Source of the DNA: a virus
Taxonomy: Duplodnaviria > Caudoviricetes
IMG/VR virus record: IMGVR_UViG_3300033565_000060
Coordinates: 1-44,107 of that record
DNA length: 44,107 nucleotides
Reading direction: 5' to 3' (one strand)
The notes under the pieces are model-generated. The model saw nothing but the letters and a program-made list of their open reading frames with translations. It was not told the DNA's origin and ran no database searches. The position numbers and the translations under genes were made by a program. Positions 17,937 through 26,887 of the stretch are shown here, in pieces; the stretch's first letter is position 1, and each line of letters starts with the position of its first letter.

Positions 17937-20079
17937 TAATGTTTTGATACCGATTGCGGCTGGTACAAAATTACCTGTTGTGCTTCGATCACCTTTATTT
18001 TTAACAGATGAAGGCAACATCCCCGGAAGCTATATTTTTAATTTTTCGGTTCCGGCTGGTCCCGAAATACGCAAGGTGTTCGGGCAGGCTCACAGGCCTC
18101 AACGTCATGGCCGGGCCACCATAGAGATGCCTTATTTAATTACTGATGGATCGCTGCGATTTGCTGGCAACTGTCTTGTTACACAGGCAACGAAACAAAA
18201 TTATGAGGTAGCATGCAAGATTGATAATGGCGATCTGGCAGGGAAACTGGCCGATAAAACATTGAAGGATCTGGATTGGGGAGATGACATAGTTATTACC
18301 GATTTTGGATGCGCCGCATACAAAGACTTAGACACTATTGTTTATGAAGGGGAATCCCTTCTGTATATATTCTTTTACTCTACAATCTATATTGATTTAA
18401 ACGACAACCTGAATAACAATGGCTCAATATTTACTGCAAAAACAGATGGAGAAGTTGACATTTCCCTTCGTTTTTACCTTTCTAATACAGATATAGAGAA
18501 TTACGAAATAAGGTTGTATAAAAATTATAGCATACACGAGGCATTCTCTTTGGTTTACGGTTTAAATTCGATTAATACCCATCAGACAGTAGTTAGCGGA
18601 GATGTTTTCTATTGGGCAATTTATGCAGAAAGGAAAAGCGGATTGCTTCGCTATACGTTAACAGATATTTTTGTTGACTTTCATGGCGACAATGTATTTA
18701 ATAATGTAATCTATCTTGACCAGGATGCAAGTGATTATACTATATTCCCTGTTCATAATAAAAATTTACTTGCCAATTTCCCCGATGATGCGTTTATGCT
18801 CGACAACCTTTCCATTAAAACAATTTACAGCGAGTATTGCCAGGTTGTTAATTATTTTAAAGACGGGGCGTTCCCGCTTTACCTGAGCGGATATGTTGAA
18901 GATCAGTTTATACACTGTGCCAACTTGTTTACCCCTTTCGTTTATATGAAAAGCATACTCAGCAAAATAGCAGAAGAATCCGGTTATACCATAAGCAATA
19001 ACCCATTCGACGGCTATTTCAAAAATATGGTCTTATATAATTCTTTTGTCGAAAATTCTTACAGCGGTCCAGCTACAAGCATCTTGCCGATAAAATCAAC
19101 ATTCAACCTTATTGACCATGTTCCTGAAATTTCGCAGAGTGATTTTTTAAAATATGTTTCTACTCTTACGGGTTTTATGCCTGTTGTTGATAATAACTCG
19201 CGTACTATAGATTTTGTAGATATCAGAACAAAACACATAATCAGCGAAACAAATCTTGCCGTAAAATTCCCCGGAACACTACTGGACTACCAGGAAGTAA
19301 CCGTGTCATCTAAGTATAATGGAATTAAGTTCGAATTAAAAAAAGCGTCTACAGATTCATATCTCGAAAGAATTAAAGAACTTAATAGTAAACTCAGATA
19401 TAAGGGTGAAGTGGCACACATCAATAACCTGCCATCAACAGGAAATTCAATAAATGATATGTATTTGGTTACGGCGCTCAACGAATATTATGTGTACCAA
19501 TACAATCCAGAAACCTATTCACTTACCTGGTATTTTTTTAGCAAGAATTTCCCGCTTATTTATTCCGAAGGATCTGAGCCTTATTTAACTTACACATCCG
19601 AATTGTGTCCGGTTTTAACATCACGAATGGAGGATACAACATTATCCGCTCCGTCAGATCGATGGTGGACCATACCACAAATGGAGCAACCTGGAATAAT
19701 AGAAGGATTTCCAGACTCCCTTTGTTCTGAATATGGGCTGCAAGTACTTTATTACAATGGGATGGATAGTGACAGCCTTGGTCAGTTATTCCCATTTGGC
19801 ACCTGTCGTTTTGCTGATTTCACCATGATGAGGCCATGGTTTATAACACTCTCAGCTGATAAAATTATTGATCACCAATACAAGTATTTTCTAAAATGGC
19901 TTGCTTATGATACCAAGCCGGTTACCCTCAAAGCCATCCTTACACGGGCACAGTTTCGGAAGTTAAGGTTCGATCAGGTTTACCAGGGCGAAGGCTTTAA
20001 TTTTCTGGTTGGCGAAATCAGGATAAATATGCAGTCTAATGGTCTGAGCGTGGCTGATGTTGATGTTTATACTGTATAA
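17920..20079 (+). CDS. Putative minor tail / tail-tip hub protein
   Basis: 719 aa; 'SPLF......GSY.F.F.VP' N-terminus typical of siphovirus tail-tip proteins; last gene before the lysis module. Confidence 0.6.
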   Translation: MQLLINNVLIPIAAGTKLPVVLRSPLFLTDEGNIPGSYIFNFSVPAGPEIRKVFGQAHRPQRHGRATIEMPYLITDGSLRFAGNCLVTQATKQNYEVACKIDNGDLAGKLADKTLKDLDWGDDIVITDFGCAAYKDLDTIVYEGESLLYIFFYSTIYIDLNDNLNNNGSIFTAKTDGEVDISLRFYLSNTDIENYEIRLYKNYSIHEAFSLVYGLNSINTHQTVVSGDVFYWAIYAERKSGLLRYTLTDIFVDFHGDNVFNNVIYLDQDASDYTIFPVHNKNLLANFPDDAFMLDNLSIKTIYSEYCQVVNYFKDGAFPLYLSGYVEDQFIHCANLFTPFVYMKSILSKIAEESGYTISNNPFDGYFKNMVLYNSFVENSYSGPATSILPIKSTFNLIDHVPEISQSDFLKYVSTLTGFMPVVDNNSRTIDFVDIRTKHIISETNLAVKFPGTLLDYQEVTVSSKYNGIKFELKKASTDSYLERIKELNSKLRYKGEVAHINNLPSTGNSINDMYLVTALNEYYVYQYNPETYSLTWYFFSKNFPLIYSEGSEPYLTYTSELCPVLTSRMEDTTLSAPSDRWWTIPQMEQPGIIEGFPDSLCSEYGLQVLYYNGMDSDSLGQLFPFGTCRFADFTMMRPWFITLSADKIIDHQYKYFLKWLAYDTKPVTLKAILTRAQFRKLRFDQVYQGEGFNFLVGEIRINMQSNGLSVADVDVYTV

Positions 20080-20082
20080 TTT

Positions 20083-20117
20083 GTCCTTTAGCAAAGTGAT
20101 TTCTAATTATTACTTTG
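20083..20117 (+). promoter_or_regulatory. Putative late promoter, copy 5 (lysis operon)
   Basis: GTCCTTT-N20-TTACTTTG. Confidence 0.7.
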
Positions 20118-20135
20118 CTTCAAAACTATCATTCT

Positions 20136-20384
20136 ATGAAAACGCTACATTACTATTTTAAGCGACTAATCAGCAAAACGCCGAAAGCTCTGCAAAAAAT
20201 TCAAATCTTATTGGGTGCAATATTAGCGCCGGTTACAGCCGGATTGGCTATTGTTAATCAGGTTGAGCAACCCATATTGTACAAGGTGCTTCAGAATGCA
20301 GTGGTTACCTTACCGATTGTAATCGCATTCCTGCAGTTTGCAACAACTTCAAAGGATTTACAGGAACCAAATAACGATCAGTAG
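20136..20384 (+). CDS. Putative holin (start moved to ATG 20136)
   Basis: Small, two hydrophobic segments, upstream of the endolysin. Confidence 0.55.
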   Translation: MKTLHYYFKRLISKTPKALQKIQILLGAILAPVTAGLAIVNQVEQPILYKVLQNAVVTLPIVIAFLQFATTSKDLQEPNNDQ

Positions 20385-20389
20385 AACTC

Positions 20390-20686
20390 ATGAACGATCA
20401 AATAGTCACAATAATTATCAGTATTGTTGGGTTTGTTATTGTTTCGCTCCTTGGTGGCAATATCTATTTCGTTAAAAACCTGATTACTACAATTAATGAT
20501 CTTAAAGATTCTGTTGTTGAACACAAACTCGTGATTGAAACCGAAAAGATTAAGACTACCGATTTTCGCGAAAATTGCAAATCAACGCATGAGGTTGTTA
20601 ATAGCCGGCTCAACCAACACTCCAAGAAATTGGCGGAACACGAACAACAGATCACAATTTTAAAGGAGAGAGGAAACAAGCCATGA
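20390..20686 (+). CDS. Single-TM coiled-coil lysis-module protein (holin/antiholin candidate)
   Basis: N-terminal TM followed by a coiled coil; coupled to the amidase. Confidence 0.5.
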   Translation: MNDQIVTIIISIVGFVIVSLLGGNIYFVKNLITTINDLKDSVVEHKLVIETEKIKTTDFRENCKSTHEVVNSRLNQHSKKLAEHEQQITILKERGNKP

Positions 20687-21159
20687 AACTAAAATTCCTT
20701 GTCATCCATTGCACCGCCACACCCGAGGGCCGTGAAGTTACCGGTGATCAGATCCGGCACTGGCATCTGGATCCGGTTCCCCAGGGAAGAGGATGGAAGC
20801 AAGTTGGGTACACTGATTTGTTTCATTTAAACGGCGGCATTGAGCGCCTGGTAAAAAATAACGAGGATGGAAATGTCGATCCCTGGGAGATCACCAACGG
20901 AGCTGTCGGGATCAACTCTATCAGCCGTCATGTAGTTTATGCCGGTGGCTTAACCGAAGATGGCAAACAACCCAAGGATACACGTACTCCGGAACAGCGT
21001 AAAAGCTTGCTTCGGTACGTTCAGGATATGATCCGGATGAATCCTGATATCCTTGTCGCCGGGCACAATCAATTTGCTGCGAAAGCCTGCCCTTCATTTA
21101 ATGTTCCAATGTGGCTGCAGTCTGTCGGGATCCCGACGAAAAATATTTATAATCCATGA
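20683..21159 (+). CDS. Endolysin, N-acetylmuramoyl-L-alanine amidase (Amidase_2, T7 lysozyme-like)
   Basis: 'VIHCTAT', 'GWKQVGY', 'GHNQF..KACPSF' zinc-amidase motifs. Confidence 0.92.
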   Translation: MKLKFLVIHCTATPEGREVTGDQIRHWHLDPVPQGRGWKQVGYTDLFHLNGGIERLVKNNEDGNVDPWEITNGAVGINSISRHVVYAGGLTEDGKQPKDTRTPEQRKSLLRYVQDMIRMNPDILVAGHNQFAAKACPSFNVPMWLQSVGIPTKNIYNP

Positions 21160-21743
21160 AATCCATTCTGAAATACTCCTGGCAGTTAATTTGCTGCGTT
21201 CTGGTGATACTTCTCCTGATTCAGAGACAATGTACCCCTGAGCCGAAAACTGTCAGCTCGCATACAGTTGATACCATCCACGATACTATTACGGTTCATG
21301 ATACCATTCCGGAGCATGTTCCGGCGCTGGTAACTCACGATACTGTTTATTCTGATGCACCCTTCGACACGTTGGATATTATTGCTGACTATTTTGCTGT
21401 CAAAATTGCCAATGATACGCTGAGCGGAGAAAATTACTCGATAGCAATTCAGGATAAAATATCACGCAACCGGATCCTGAGCCGGAAGGCGAATGCCAAA
21501 ATAAATATTTTGACGGAAACCGTACATATTACGGATTCTATACCGGTTCCCTGCAATTGCCCGAAAGCCAGGAATAAAGTTTATGCAGGAATCGGAGTCG
21601 GAGGATGGACCGATAAAGTTGGACTTGCGCCTACATTGGCATTGAATACAAAAAAGGATAACCTTTACACAGCAAGCTTCGATATCATTAATCGAACTGC
21701 ATGGATAAATATGTATTGGAAGATCCGGCTAAAGAAGAAATAG
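21156..21743 (+). CDS. Putative spanin-like lysis accessory protein
   Basis: N-terminal membrane anchor followed by Cys, extended DT-rich region, C-terminal amphipathic beta strands; follows the endolysin. Confidence 0.55.
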   Translation: MKSILKYSWQLICCVLVILLLIQRQCTPEPKTVSSHTVDTIHDTITVHDTIPEHVPALVTHDTVYSDAPFDTLDIIADYFAVKIANDTLSGENYSIAIQDKISRNRILSRKANAKINILTETVHITDSIPVPCNCPKARNKVYAGIGVGGWTDKVGLAPTLALNTKKDNLYTASFDIINRTAWINMYWKIRLKKK

Positions 21744-21764
21744 TTTTCCTGATCACCTTTCGGA

Positions 21765-21793
21765 ACGGCTGGCGGAAACGTGGCCGTATTTTT
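21765..21793. terminator. Possible terminator between the convergent lysis and integrase genes
   Basis: Imperfect ACGGC...GCCGT hairpin with GAAA loop followed by ATTTTT. Confidence 0.45.
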
Positions 21794-23006
21794 AATTACT
21801 GATAAAGTGCTTTAGCACTTCAGGACTGAAATCAAGTACTTTTTGTGAACGCTCACCGAAATGCCTTTTTACATATGATATTGTACTTTCGATAGAAGTA
21901 TGACCCAGGTGATTCATTAATTCAGGAAAAGTGGCTCCTGATTCCAGCAACTTGCCGGCGCCTGTATGTTTAAACGAATAGAATTTATAATGCGCCGGAA
22001 GATTCAATTCTTTCCTGATTTCCCTAAACCTGTTTCCAAAATGATTTTCACTAACCGGAATATTACCCGGTCCGCCGCCTTTCCCAAATATATATAATTC
22101 ACCGGGCAAACTGGTAATCTTATATTGTTGAATCAATTCAACCAACATATTGGGAATTGTTACGCTCCTGTTACCTGTTTTACCGTCACCTAGCGAAATA
22201 TATGCAATTTTATTATATATATCAAGCTGATTAATTTTCATTAATCTGATTTCCTTACCAGGTCGTGCACATAAAAGCATTTCGAACAAGCTGGCCAGAA
22301 ACAGCTGAGAGTCGTTTATTTTAACATAATTCAAATATCTGAGCAAGTCGTGATCAGCAATCGGACGTGCGGCATGATCTTTTGTTTTCCTGCCTTTTGG
22401 TAAATCTTCAAGAGGATATATATCCGTTAATTTCTGCTGTTTAAAAAACTTGAACATCTGGCCGATGTTCTGCCTGTATTTTAAGATGGTTACTTTATCC
22501 AATTTCTCGACATCGATAAGCTGTGCAAAAAATGCCGAAACAATGGGTTGATTAATCTCCGAAATAAGAAGATTACCTTTTCCGGAGTTTTCCAGAAACT
22601 CAATAAAAATTCTGGTTTTGCTCAGATAAGAAGCATAGGATTTCGCGCTAAGTTCCTTTTTACGTTTCGCCAGGAATGCAGATGTATATCTTCTGAGTTG
22701 AGAATCGTCAGTTCTATCATCCCCAAGCCTTTTAAGAACATTATGATATTGAATTTCGTCGCGATAAAGATGCTTATCACTAAGCCATGGACGCCATCCT
22801 GATAAAATTTTTTGCTTATAAAAATCTATTAAATTTTTAGCATGATCCAACCGTTCAGCCTCTGAATTAAGCTGATTGAACCCCTTGTAATGCCTGAAAC
22901 GCTCCAGTCTACAAGTCTTATCGTAATAGCACCGGTATTCAACATACCAGGCATTTGGATCCTTGTTTACCAGATAAGGTAAAACCACATCAATAATCTT
23001 TTTCAT
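21792..23006 (-). CDS. int: Tyrosine recombinase / phage integrase (start moved to ATG 23006)
   Basis: Catalytic segments 'LCARPGKEIR', 'DGKTG', 'YSFKHTGA' and 'HLGHTSIEST..Y'; adjacent to the att site. Confidence 0.92.
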   Translation of the reverse strand: MKKIIDVVLPYLVNKDPNAWYVEYRCYYDKTCRLERFRHYKGFNQLNSEAERLDHAKNLIDFYKQKILSGWRPWLSDKHLYRDEIQYHNVLKRLGDDRTDDSQLRRYTSAFLAKRKKELSAKSYASYLSKTRIFIEFLENSGKGNLLISEINQPIVSAFFAQLIDVEKLDKVTILKYRQNIGQMFKFFKQQKLTDIYPLEDLPKGRKTKDHAARPIADHDLLRYLNYVKINDSQLFLASLFEMLLCARPGKEIRLMKINQLDIYNKIAYISLGDGKTGNRSVTIPNMLVELIQQYKITSLPGELYIFGKGGGPGNIPVSENHFGNRFREIRKELNLPAHYKFYSFKHTGAGKLLESGATFPELMNHLGHTSIESTISYVKRHFGERSQKVLDFSPEVLKHFISN

Positions 23007-23037
23007 GATCTGAGTTTTTTGCGTCCCCACGCTCAAA

Positions 23038-23230
23038 CTGTCTGAAAAAGAACATTTTTCTTGTCTGAAACCACAGACAATAAATATAATAGACTGATGT
23101 ACTGTATATTACATTTATCTGTGGAGCTGCCGGGAACCTTGTTATCATTGATTAGTTAATTGATAATCACTTATTTACTTGTTGTCTGTTTTGTATGTTT
23201 TTGGTTATAATGTCTTTAATCTGTCTGAAA
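23038..23230. repeat. Integrase arm-type site candidates flanking the att core
   Basis: TGTCTGAAA at 23039, 23062 and 23222; TTGTCTG at 23182 and inverted at 23074-23080. Confidence 0.6.
23121..23136 (-). other. attP core resembling the 3' end of tmRNA (ssrA)
   Basis: Minus strand reads TTCCCGGCAGCTCCAC, resembling the 3' T-arm and Ala-type acceptor end of tmRNA; the 5' half of the T-arm is absent. Confidence 0.75.
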
Positions 23231-23320
23231 GCGGTACGTTATAGCTGGCTGATGTAATCTTTGATATATAATGAAAATAATCCTAAAAGACTATAAGATT
23301 TTTGAAAAATTACCCGCATT

Positions 23321-23683
23321 TCAGCCAACTTTGGCGCTCTCTCCTGGATGTTTCCTTCCTAATTCTCTGTTCATTCTTGCTATTTCAGCATCCTTCTTTT
23401 CAAGTTGTTCCTTTAACATTTCCAACTGACCGTCCTTTTTTATACATTCCTTGCACCTGCCATACCGTGTCTCAGGTTCCGAAACATAAAATTCATTTTC
23501 TTCAAAGAAATGGCTAATGGGTAAATTATAAACCCTGCAAATAGTTTCAAGCAATTCAACACCACAGGTTTGTTTCTCCATCATGGTTTTAAATCCCGGA
23601 CCACTCATGCCAATACTGGCTGAAAATTTACGATCACTCAAATTTTTTTGAGTTTGTAAAATCCTAATCTTACTGTAGTTCAT
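23321..23683 (-). CDS. CI-like XRE repressor without an S24 peptidase domain
   Basis: N-terminal HTH 'LSDRKFSASIGMS..G...LETIC..YNLPISHFF'; C-terminal coiled coil; divergent from a cro-like gene. Confidence 0.75.
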   Translation of the reverse strand: MNYSKIRILQTQKNLSDRKFSASIGMSGPGFKTMMEKQTCGVELLETICRVYNLPISHFFEENEFYVSEPETRYGRCKECIKKDGQLEMLKEQLEKKDAEIARMNRELGRKHPGESAKVG

Positions 23684-23691
23684 ACACTTAC

Positions 23692-23710
23692 ATTTAGATT
23701 AATTCTAAAT
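23692..23710. promoter_or_regulatory. 19-bp palindrome on the repressor leader (Fur-family box-like)
   Basis: ATTTAGA-TTAAT-TCTAAAT, 8 bp upstream of the repressor ATG. Confidence 0.5.
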
Positions 23711-23724
23711 TGCAATATTTTTAT

Positions 23725-23774
23725 GCCATATTGAAAGATTTTTCTTGCAATATGGCTTTTTCATATTACATTTG
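23725..23774 (+). promoter_or_regulatory. Operator-like inverted repeat and rightward early promoter
   Basis: GCCATATTGAAAGA-tttt-TCTTGCAATATGGC (1 mismatch) at 23725-23756; -7 element TACATTTG at 23767-23774. Confidence 0.65.
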
Positions 23775-23814
23775 TGTGTAGAAATTACAACATTTAACCG
23801 CACAAATCAAGACA

Positions 23815-24030
23815 ATGAAAACTATTATTGAAAAAATAAACTTCACGGACTACTATAAAAGCTTCTTTACCATTCAGGGAGAATTGCGCGAAAGAATATG
23901 CGCAAAACTCGAAATATCCTTAAAAACATTTTACAACAAAATAAATGCTGATTCCTGGTCAGCTATTGAACGCGAAGCAATTGAAAAAATAGTAGATCAA
24001 ATCAATCAAGAAAACTCAAAAATATTTTAG
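23815..24030 (+). CDS. Cro-like small HTH protein
   Basis: 'LRERICAKLEISLKTFYNKI'; first gene divergent from the repressor. Confidence 0.65.
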   Translation: MKTIIEKINFTDYYKSFFTIQGELRERICAKLEISLKTFYNKINADSWSAIEREAIEKIVDQINQENSKIF

Positions 24031-24031
24031 C

Positions 24032-24571
24032 ATGCCTTTCGAAATATACTGGAACGAAACCCGAACAACGCTCATGTCAGAAGATATCGTGATGGGTAAC
24101 ACTCAACGGCTTGACGAATGGAGTAACGATCAGGTACAAAAATTTGATTCAGCAATTGCAACTATGCGTCCACGTGCATATAAAGCACTTTGCGAAGAGT
24201 GTGGATATGGTCCCCAGTTTGCATTTAACAGAGCCTACCAATTTGCCTCATGCAATTTTTCAACACGTGATGGGCATGCTGATATAGATGAAGATTTCAA
24301 TCTTACAACCGAACGTGTTCCTTGCCCGATCAGGCATAAGTGCAAGGATATTTACTGCACCAGCGAAACATCGCTTAGCGATCGTGAACTGGAAATAGTC
24401 AGGTTATTCATTCGCGGAAGCTCCGACGATTCAATTGCCGAAAAGCTATTTATTTCAAAAGCAACCGTACACAATCACATTAATAATATTTATCGAAAAC
24501 TCGGATTTACTGGGCATCCTCACCCCGACAGATTGCTGCTCAATTACGCCTATACCAACAAAATTATATAA
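24032..24571 (+). CDS. LuxR-type C-terminal HTH transcriptional regulator
   Basis: 'LSDRELEIVRL...G.S...IAEKLFISKATVHNHINNIYRKLG'; Cys cluster upstream. Confidence 0.85.
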   Translation: MPFEIYWNETRTTLMSEDIVMGNTQRLDEWSNDQVQKFDSAIATMRPRAYKALCEECGYGPQFAFNRAYQFASCNFSTRDGHADIDEDFNLTTERVPCPIRHKCKDIYCTSETSLSDRELEIVRLFIRGSSDDSIAEKLFISKATVHNHINNIYRKLGFTGHPHPDRLLLNYAYTNKII

Positions 24572-24600
24572 CCGCGTCCCCACGCTTAAAAGCAACAATT

Positions 24601-24768
24601 ATGAGCAAAAAACGAAAATGCCGCATTAACTACACTATCGACGTAAATGGCGAAACGTATCCCCGCGAATATGATGTTGACGGCATCAGAACCGAAGACG
24701 AAGCCAAAGCAAAGCTTCGCAAAAAGTGCACAACGCCAATTACCATCATAAGCTGCGAAATGCTATGA
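24601..24768 (+). CDS. Hypothetical protein (55 aa, not in the ORF track)
   Basis: Translated by hand (MSKKRKCRINYTIDVNGE...EML*); ATGA overlap with the next gene. Confidence 0.6.
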   Translation: MSKKRKCRINYTIDVNGETYPREYDVDGIRTEDEAKAKLRKKCTTPITIISCEML

Positions 24769-25007
24769 TAACCGAATCCGAAAAAATTGTAAAGCGATAC
24801 CAACATCTTAATGTTGAGCTCCAGTATGCTAAAATGGTAATCCGTGTAATAGAGCAGGATCTTAATAGAATACCGCCAACATGCCCGGTTCGTAATCTTT
24901 TAAAGCAAAACCTCGAACAGGCAAAGCAACTAAAAAGCGATATACAAACCGATATCGATGAGCTTGTAGATAATCAGCTGCAATTAAACCTAAATTTTAT
25001 AGTATGA
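24765..25007 (+). CDS. Hypothetical coiled-coil protein (start moved to ATG 24765)
   Basis: ATGA coupling at both ends. Confidence 0.6.
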   Translation: MITESEKIVKRYQHLNVELQYAKMVIRVIEQDLNRIPPTCPVRNLLKQNLEQAKQLKSDIQTDIDELVDNQLQLNLNFIV

Positions 25008-25198
25008 TAACCTTACCATTATCATCCAAATCAAATCTACACCTACTTCAAAAATCCTGCGAAGTGCTGGTAGTTGCCAACCTGGCTACACTACAGCATA
25101 CCTACAATATTTCAATACGTAAAAAGCTGATTGCCGAAAATCAGCAGGCAAATGAAATGATCGATCAGTTTCGCAAAATCATTAAAGAAAACAAGTAG
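25004..25198 (+). CDS. Hypothetical protein
   Basis: Tightly packed early operon. Confidence 0.55.
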   Translation: MITLPLSSKSNLHLLQKSCEVLVVANLATLQHTYNISIRKKLIAENQQANEMIDQFRKIIKENK

Positions 25199-25203
25199 GC
25201 ATT

Positions 25204-25620
25204 ATGCTAGACCAATATGTACAAGCCGATGGATACGGATGGCGTGTCCTGGCCACTGAAATACCGGCATTTTTCTGGAGTAAACTACATGCCGATGCAT
25301 TTTGTAAAAACGAGCTCTCCGGACGAATACTTGCATCCGTACGCCGCTATATATCCGATGTTGAAAAGTACGATCTGTTTGGGAAGTATATGGATACCCG
25401 TCGTAAAAACGAAGCCTACAACAACCTAAACGAATTTATTGCCATTTCAACAGTTATGGATTTATCCGGGATGGCAAACTACATCCTCGATCATGAGGCC
25501 GATCTAATCAGCCTTATCCCCTCAAAAAATCATCCTTCACACGATGATGCCTGTAAACAGGTAAATAACCTGGTGTGGCTTTGCGTACGCATACGCAAAC
25601 AATTTAAGCAAACAAAATAG
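25204..25620 (+). CDS. Hypothetical protein
   Basis: Tightly packed early operon. Confidence 0.65.
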   Translation: MLDQYVQADGYGWRVLATEIPAFFWSKLHADAFCKNELSGRILASVRRYISDVEKYDLFGKYMDTRRKNEAYNNLNEFIAISTVMDLSGMANYILDHEADLISLIPSKNHPSHDDACKQVNNLVWLCVRIRKQFKQTK

Positions 25621-25626
25621 ATCATT

Positions 25627-25896
25627 ATGGACTCTGTTAAAACAAAATCGAATAATTATAAGCTGCTTGGTTACAAGGCTATAGGGGGCATTGTATTGAT
25701 TCCTGAAGCTAAAGGATTCCGAATATATGTTGCATGGGAATGGCCAGCCATGGCAAAACGCGGATTTTTCGGAATATGTAAATCATCAGGAATTCACTCG
25801 GAGGTTACCAACGAGATAATTGAATCTGTAGCCAATTATGGCAACGATATAAGCGAAACGCCTGAAGCAAAAAAAGTTTTTAGCCACCTCTTTTAA
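25627..25896 (+). CDS. Hypothetical protein
   Basis: Tightly packed early operon. Confidence 0.6.
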   Translation: MDSVKTKSNNYKLLGYKAIGGIVLIPEAKGFRIYVAWEWPAMAKRGFFGICKSSGIHSEVTNEIIESVANYGNDISETPEAKKVFSHLF

Positions 25897-25897
25897 T

Positions 25898-26131
25898 ATG
25901 ACCTGGGACTGGCGCACAAACGATGCTTTCCGTACATGCCATTTTTGCGGACAGTCAGTAAAAAAAGGAAGCAATTCAATTTCAATTGGCCTTTGCGACG
26001 AACACGAACGGATATGGAGCGAAGATATTGCCTCCGGATTCAAACGCAACCGGCTCCGGGAAATAATGGTAGAAAGAGGCGAAATAAATAATACAACCAA
26101 AACCCAATTTACACATGCTGATAAAACTTAA
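25898..26131 (+). CDS. Small putative zinc-binding protein
   Basis: CHFC...LCDEH. Confidence 0.55.
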   Translation: MTWDWRTNDAFRTCHFCGQSVKKGSNSISIGLCDEHERIWSEDIASGFKRNRLREIMVERGEINNTTKTQFTHADKT

Positions 26132-26330
26132 AGATTCAATTGACTGGGAGCTGCTGGCGCTCGGTTGCAAACCTGGCGACGAAGTAGAAGCCACCATCGA
26201 CCCATTATCAACAACTGGCGGCCTGCATTTTGAAAAACGCTGCTATGGTACTACTTATAACTGCTCAATCTGGCCGCAGGACTATGAAATAGTAGACAAG
26301 AAATTCATTTTAGTACCGGTTAAATTATGA
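26115..26330 (+). CDS. Hypothetical protein
   Basis: Overlaps both neighbours in the operon. Confidence 0.55.
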   Translation: MLIKLKDSIDWELLALGCKPGDEVEATIDPLSTTGGLHFEKRCYGTTYNCSIWPQDYEIVDKKFILVPVKL

Positions 26331-26563
26331 AACCTACAGAAAAACGAAACGAATTACTCAAGCAGGGAAAAACCATTTTACGTCCCATGCTCCGCAGAGG
26401 AGGAAACAGAAACTTCTATGTAATTGCCAGTTTTTCAGGAAACGGATGGCCCACTTGGGTTAACAGCCTACAATATAAAACTGAAGCTGAAGCCTATGCC
26501 AGGATCAATATTTCGGTAACAAAACATCCTGAAAAGTATATAGACGACAGAACCATTGAATAA
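26327..26563 (+). CDS. Hypothetical protein
   Basis: Overlap-coupled in the operon. Confidence 0.55.
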   Translation: MKPTEKRNELLKQGKTILRPMLRRGGNRNFYVIASFSGNGWPTWVNSLQYKTEAEAYARINISVTKHPEKYIDDRTIE

Positions 26564-26584
26564 TAAACCTCAAAAAAGATACCC

Positions 26585-26887
26585 ATGAAATTCACATTAA
26601 AACTTCAAATCGATTCAGCCAGCGAACTGGCCAACTTTATCCAGGATCTGAATTGGGAGATTGATATGCCATTCCTGGACCAATTAGGCTCAGATAAAAA
26701 TCTACTCCAGATTATCGCCGAAAACTCAGAAACAATTGATAATCTACGAAACAAGATTGCCAATTACGAAAAACTTATTGAGCGCATTTCCACTGTATCA
26801 ACTGAAGAATTAACACCAGTTGCTGACGATGAAAAACCGGAAGAAAAAACAACGGTTCCGGAGCCAAAAACCCAAGGTGACGAATAA
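26585..26887 (+). CDS. Hypothetical protein
   Basis: A-rich start region; coiled coil and acidic tail. Confidence 0.6.
   Translation: MKFTLKLQIDSASELANFIQDLNWEIDMPFLDQLGSDKNLLQIIAENSETIDNLRNKIANYEKLIERISTVSTEELTPVADDEKPEEKTTVPEPKTQGDE

Noticed and set aside
11326-20079. Diversity-generating retroelement or invertible tail-fibre shufflon
   Set aside because: No reverse transcriptase, second recombinase, template/variable repeat pair or inverted cassettes seen; the DNA repeats at about 12595-12800 are explained by LRR protein repeats
21930-21990. Inactive integrase because the canonical HxxR box reads YSFKH
   Set aside because: This variant is familiar from Bacteroidota phage integrases, the other catalytic residues are present, and an intact attP suggests a working system
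23100-23160. tRNA or tmRNA gene
   Set aside because: Only a 16-nt 3'-end fragment is present and no cloverleaf can be built upstream; treated as the att core
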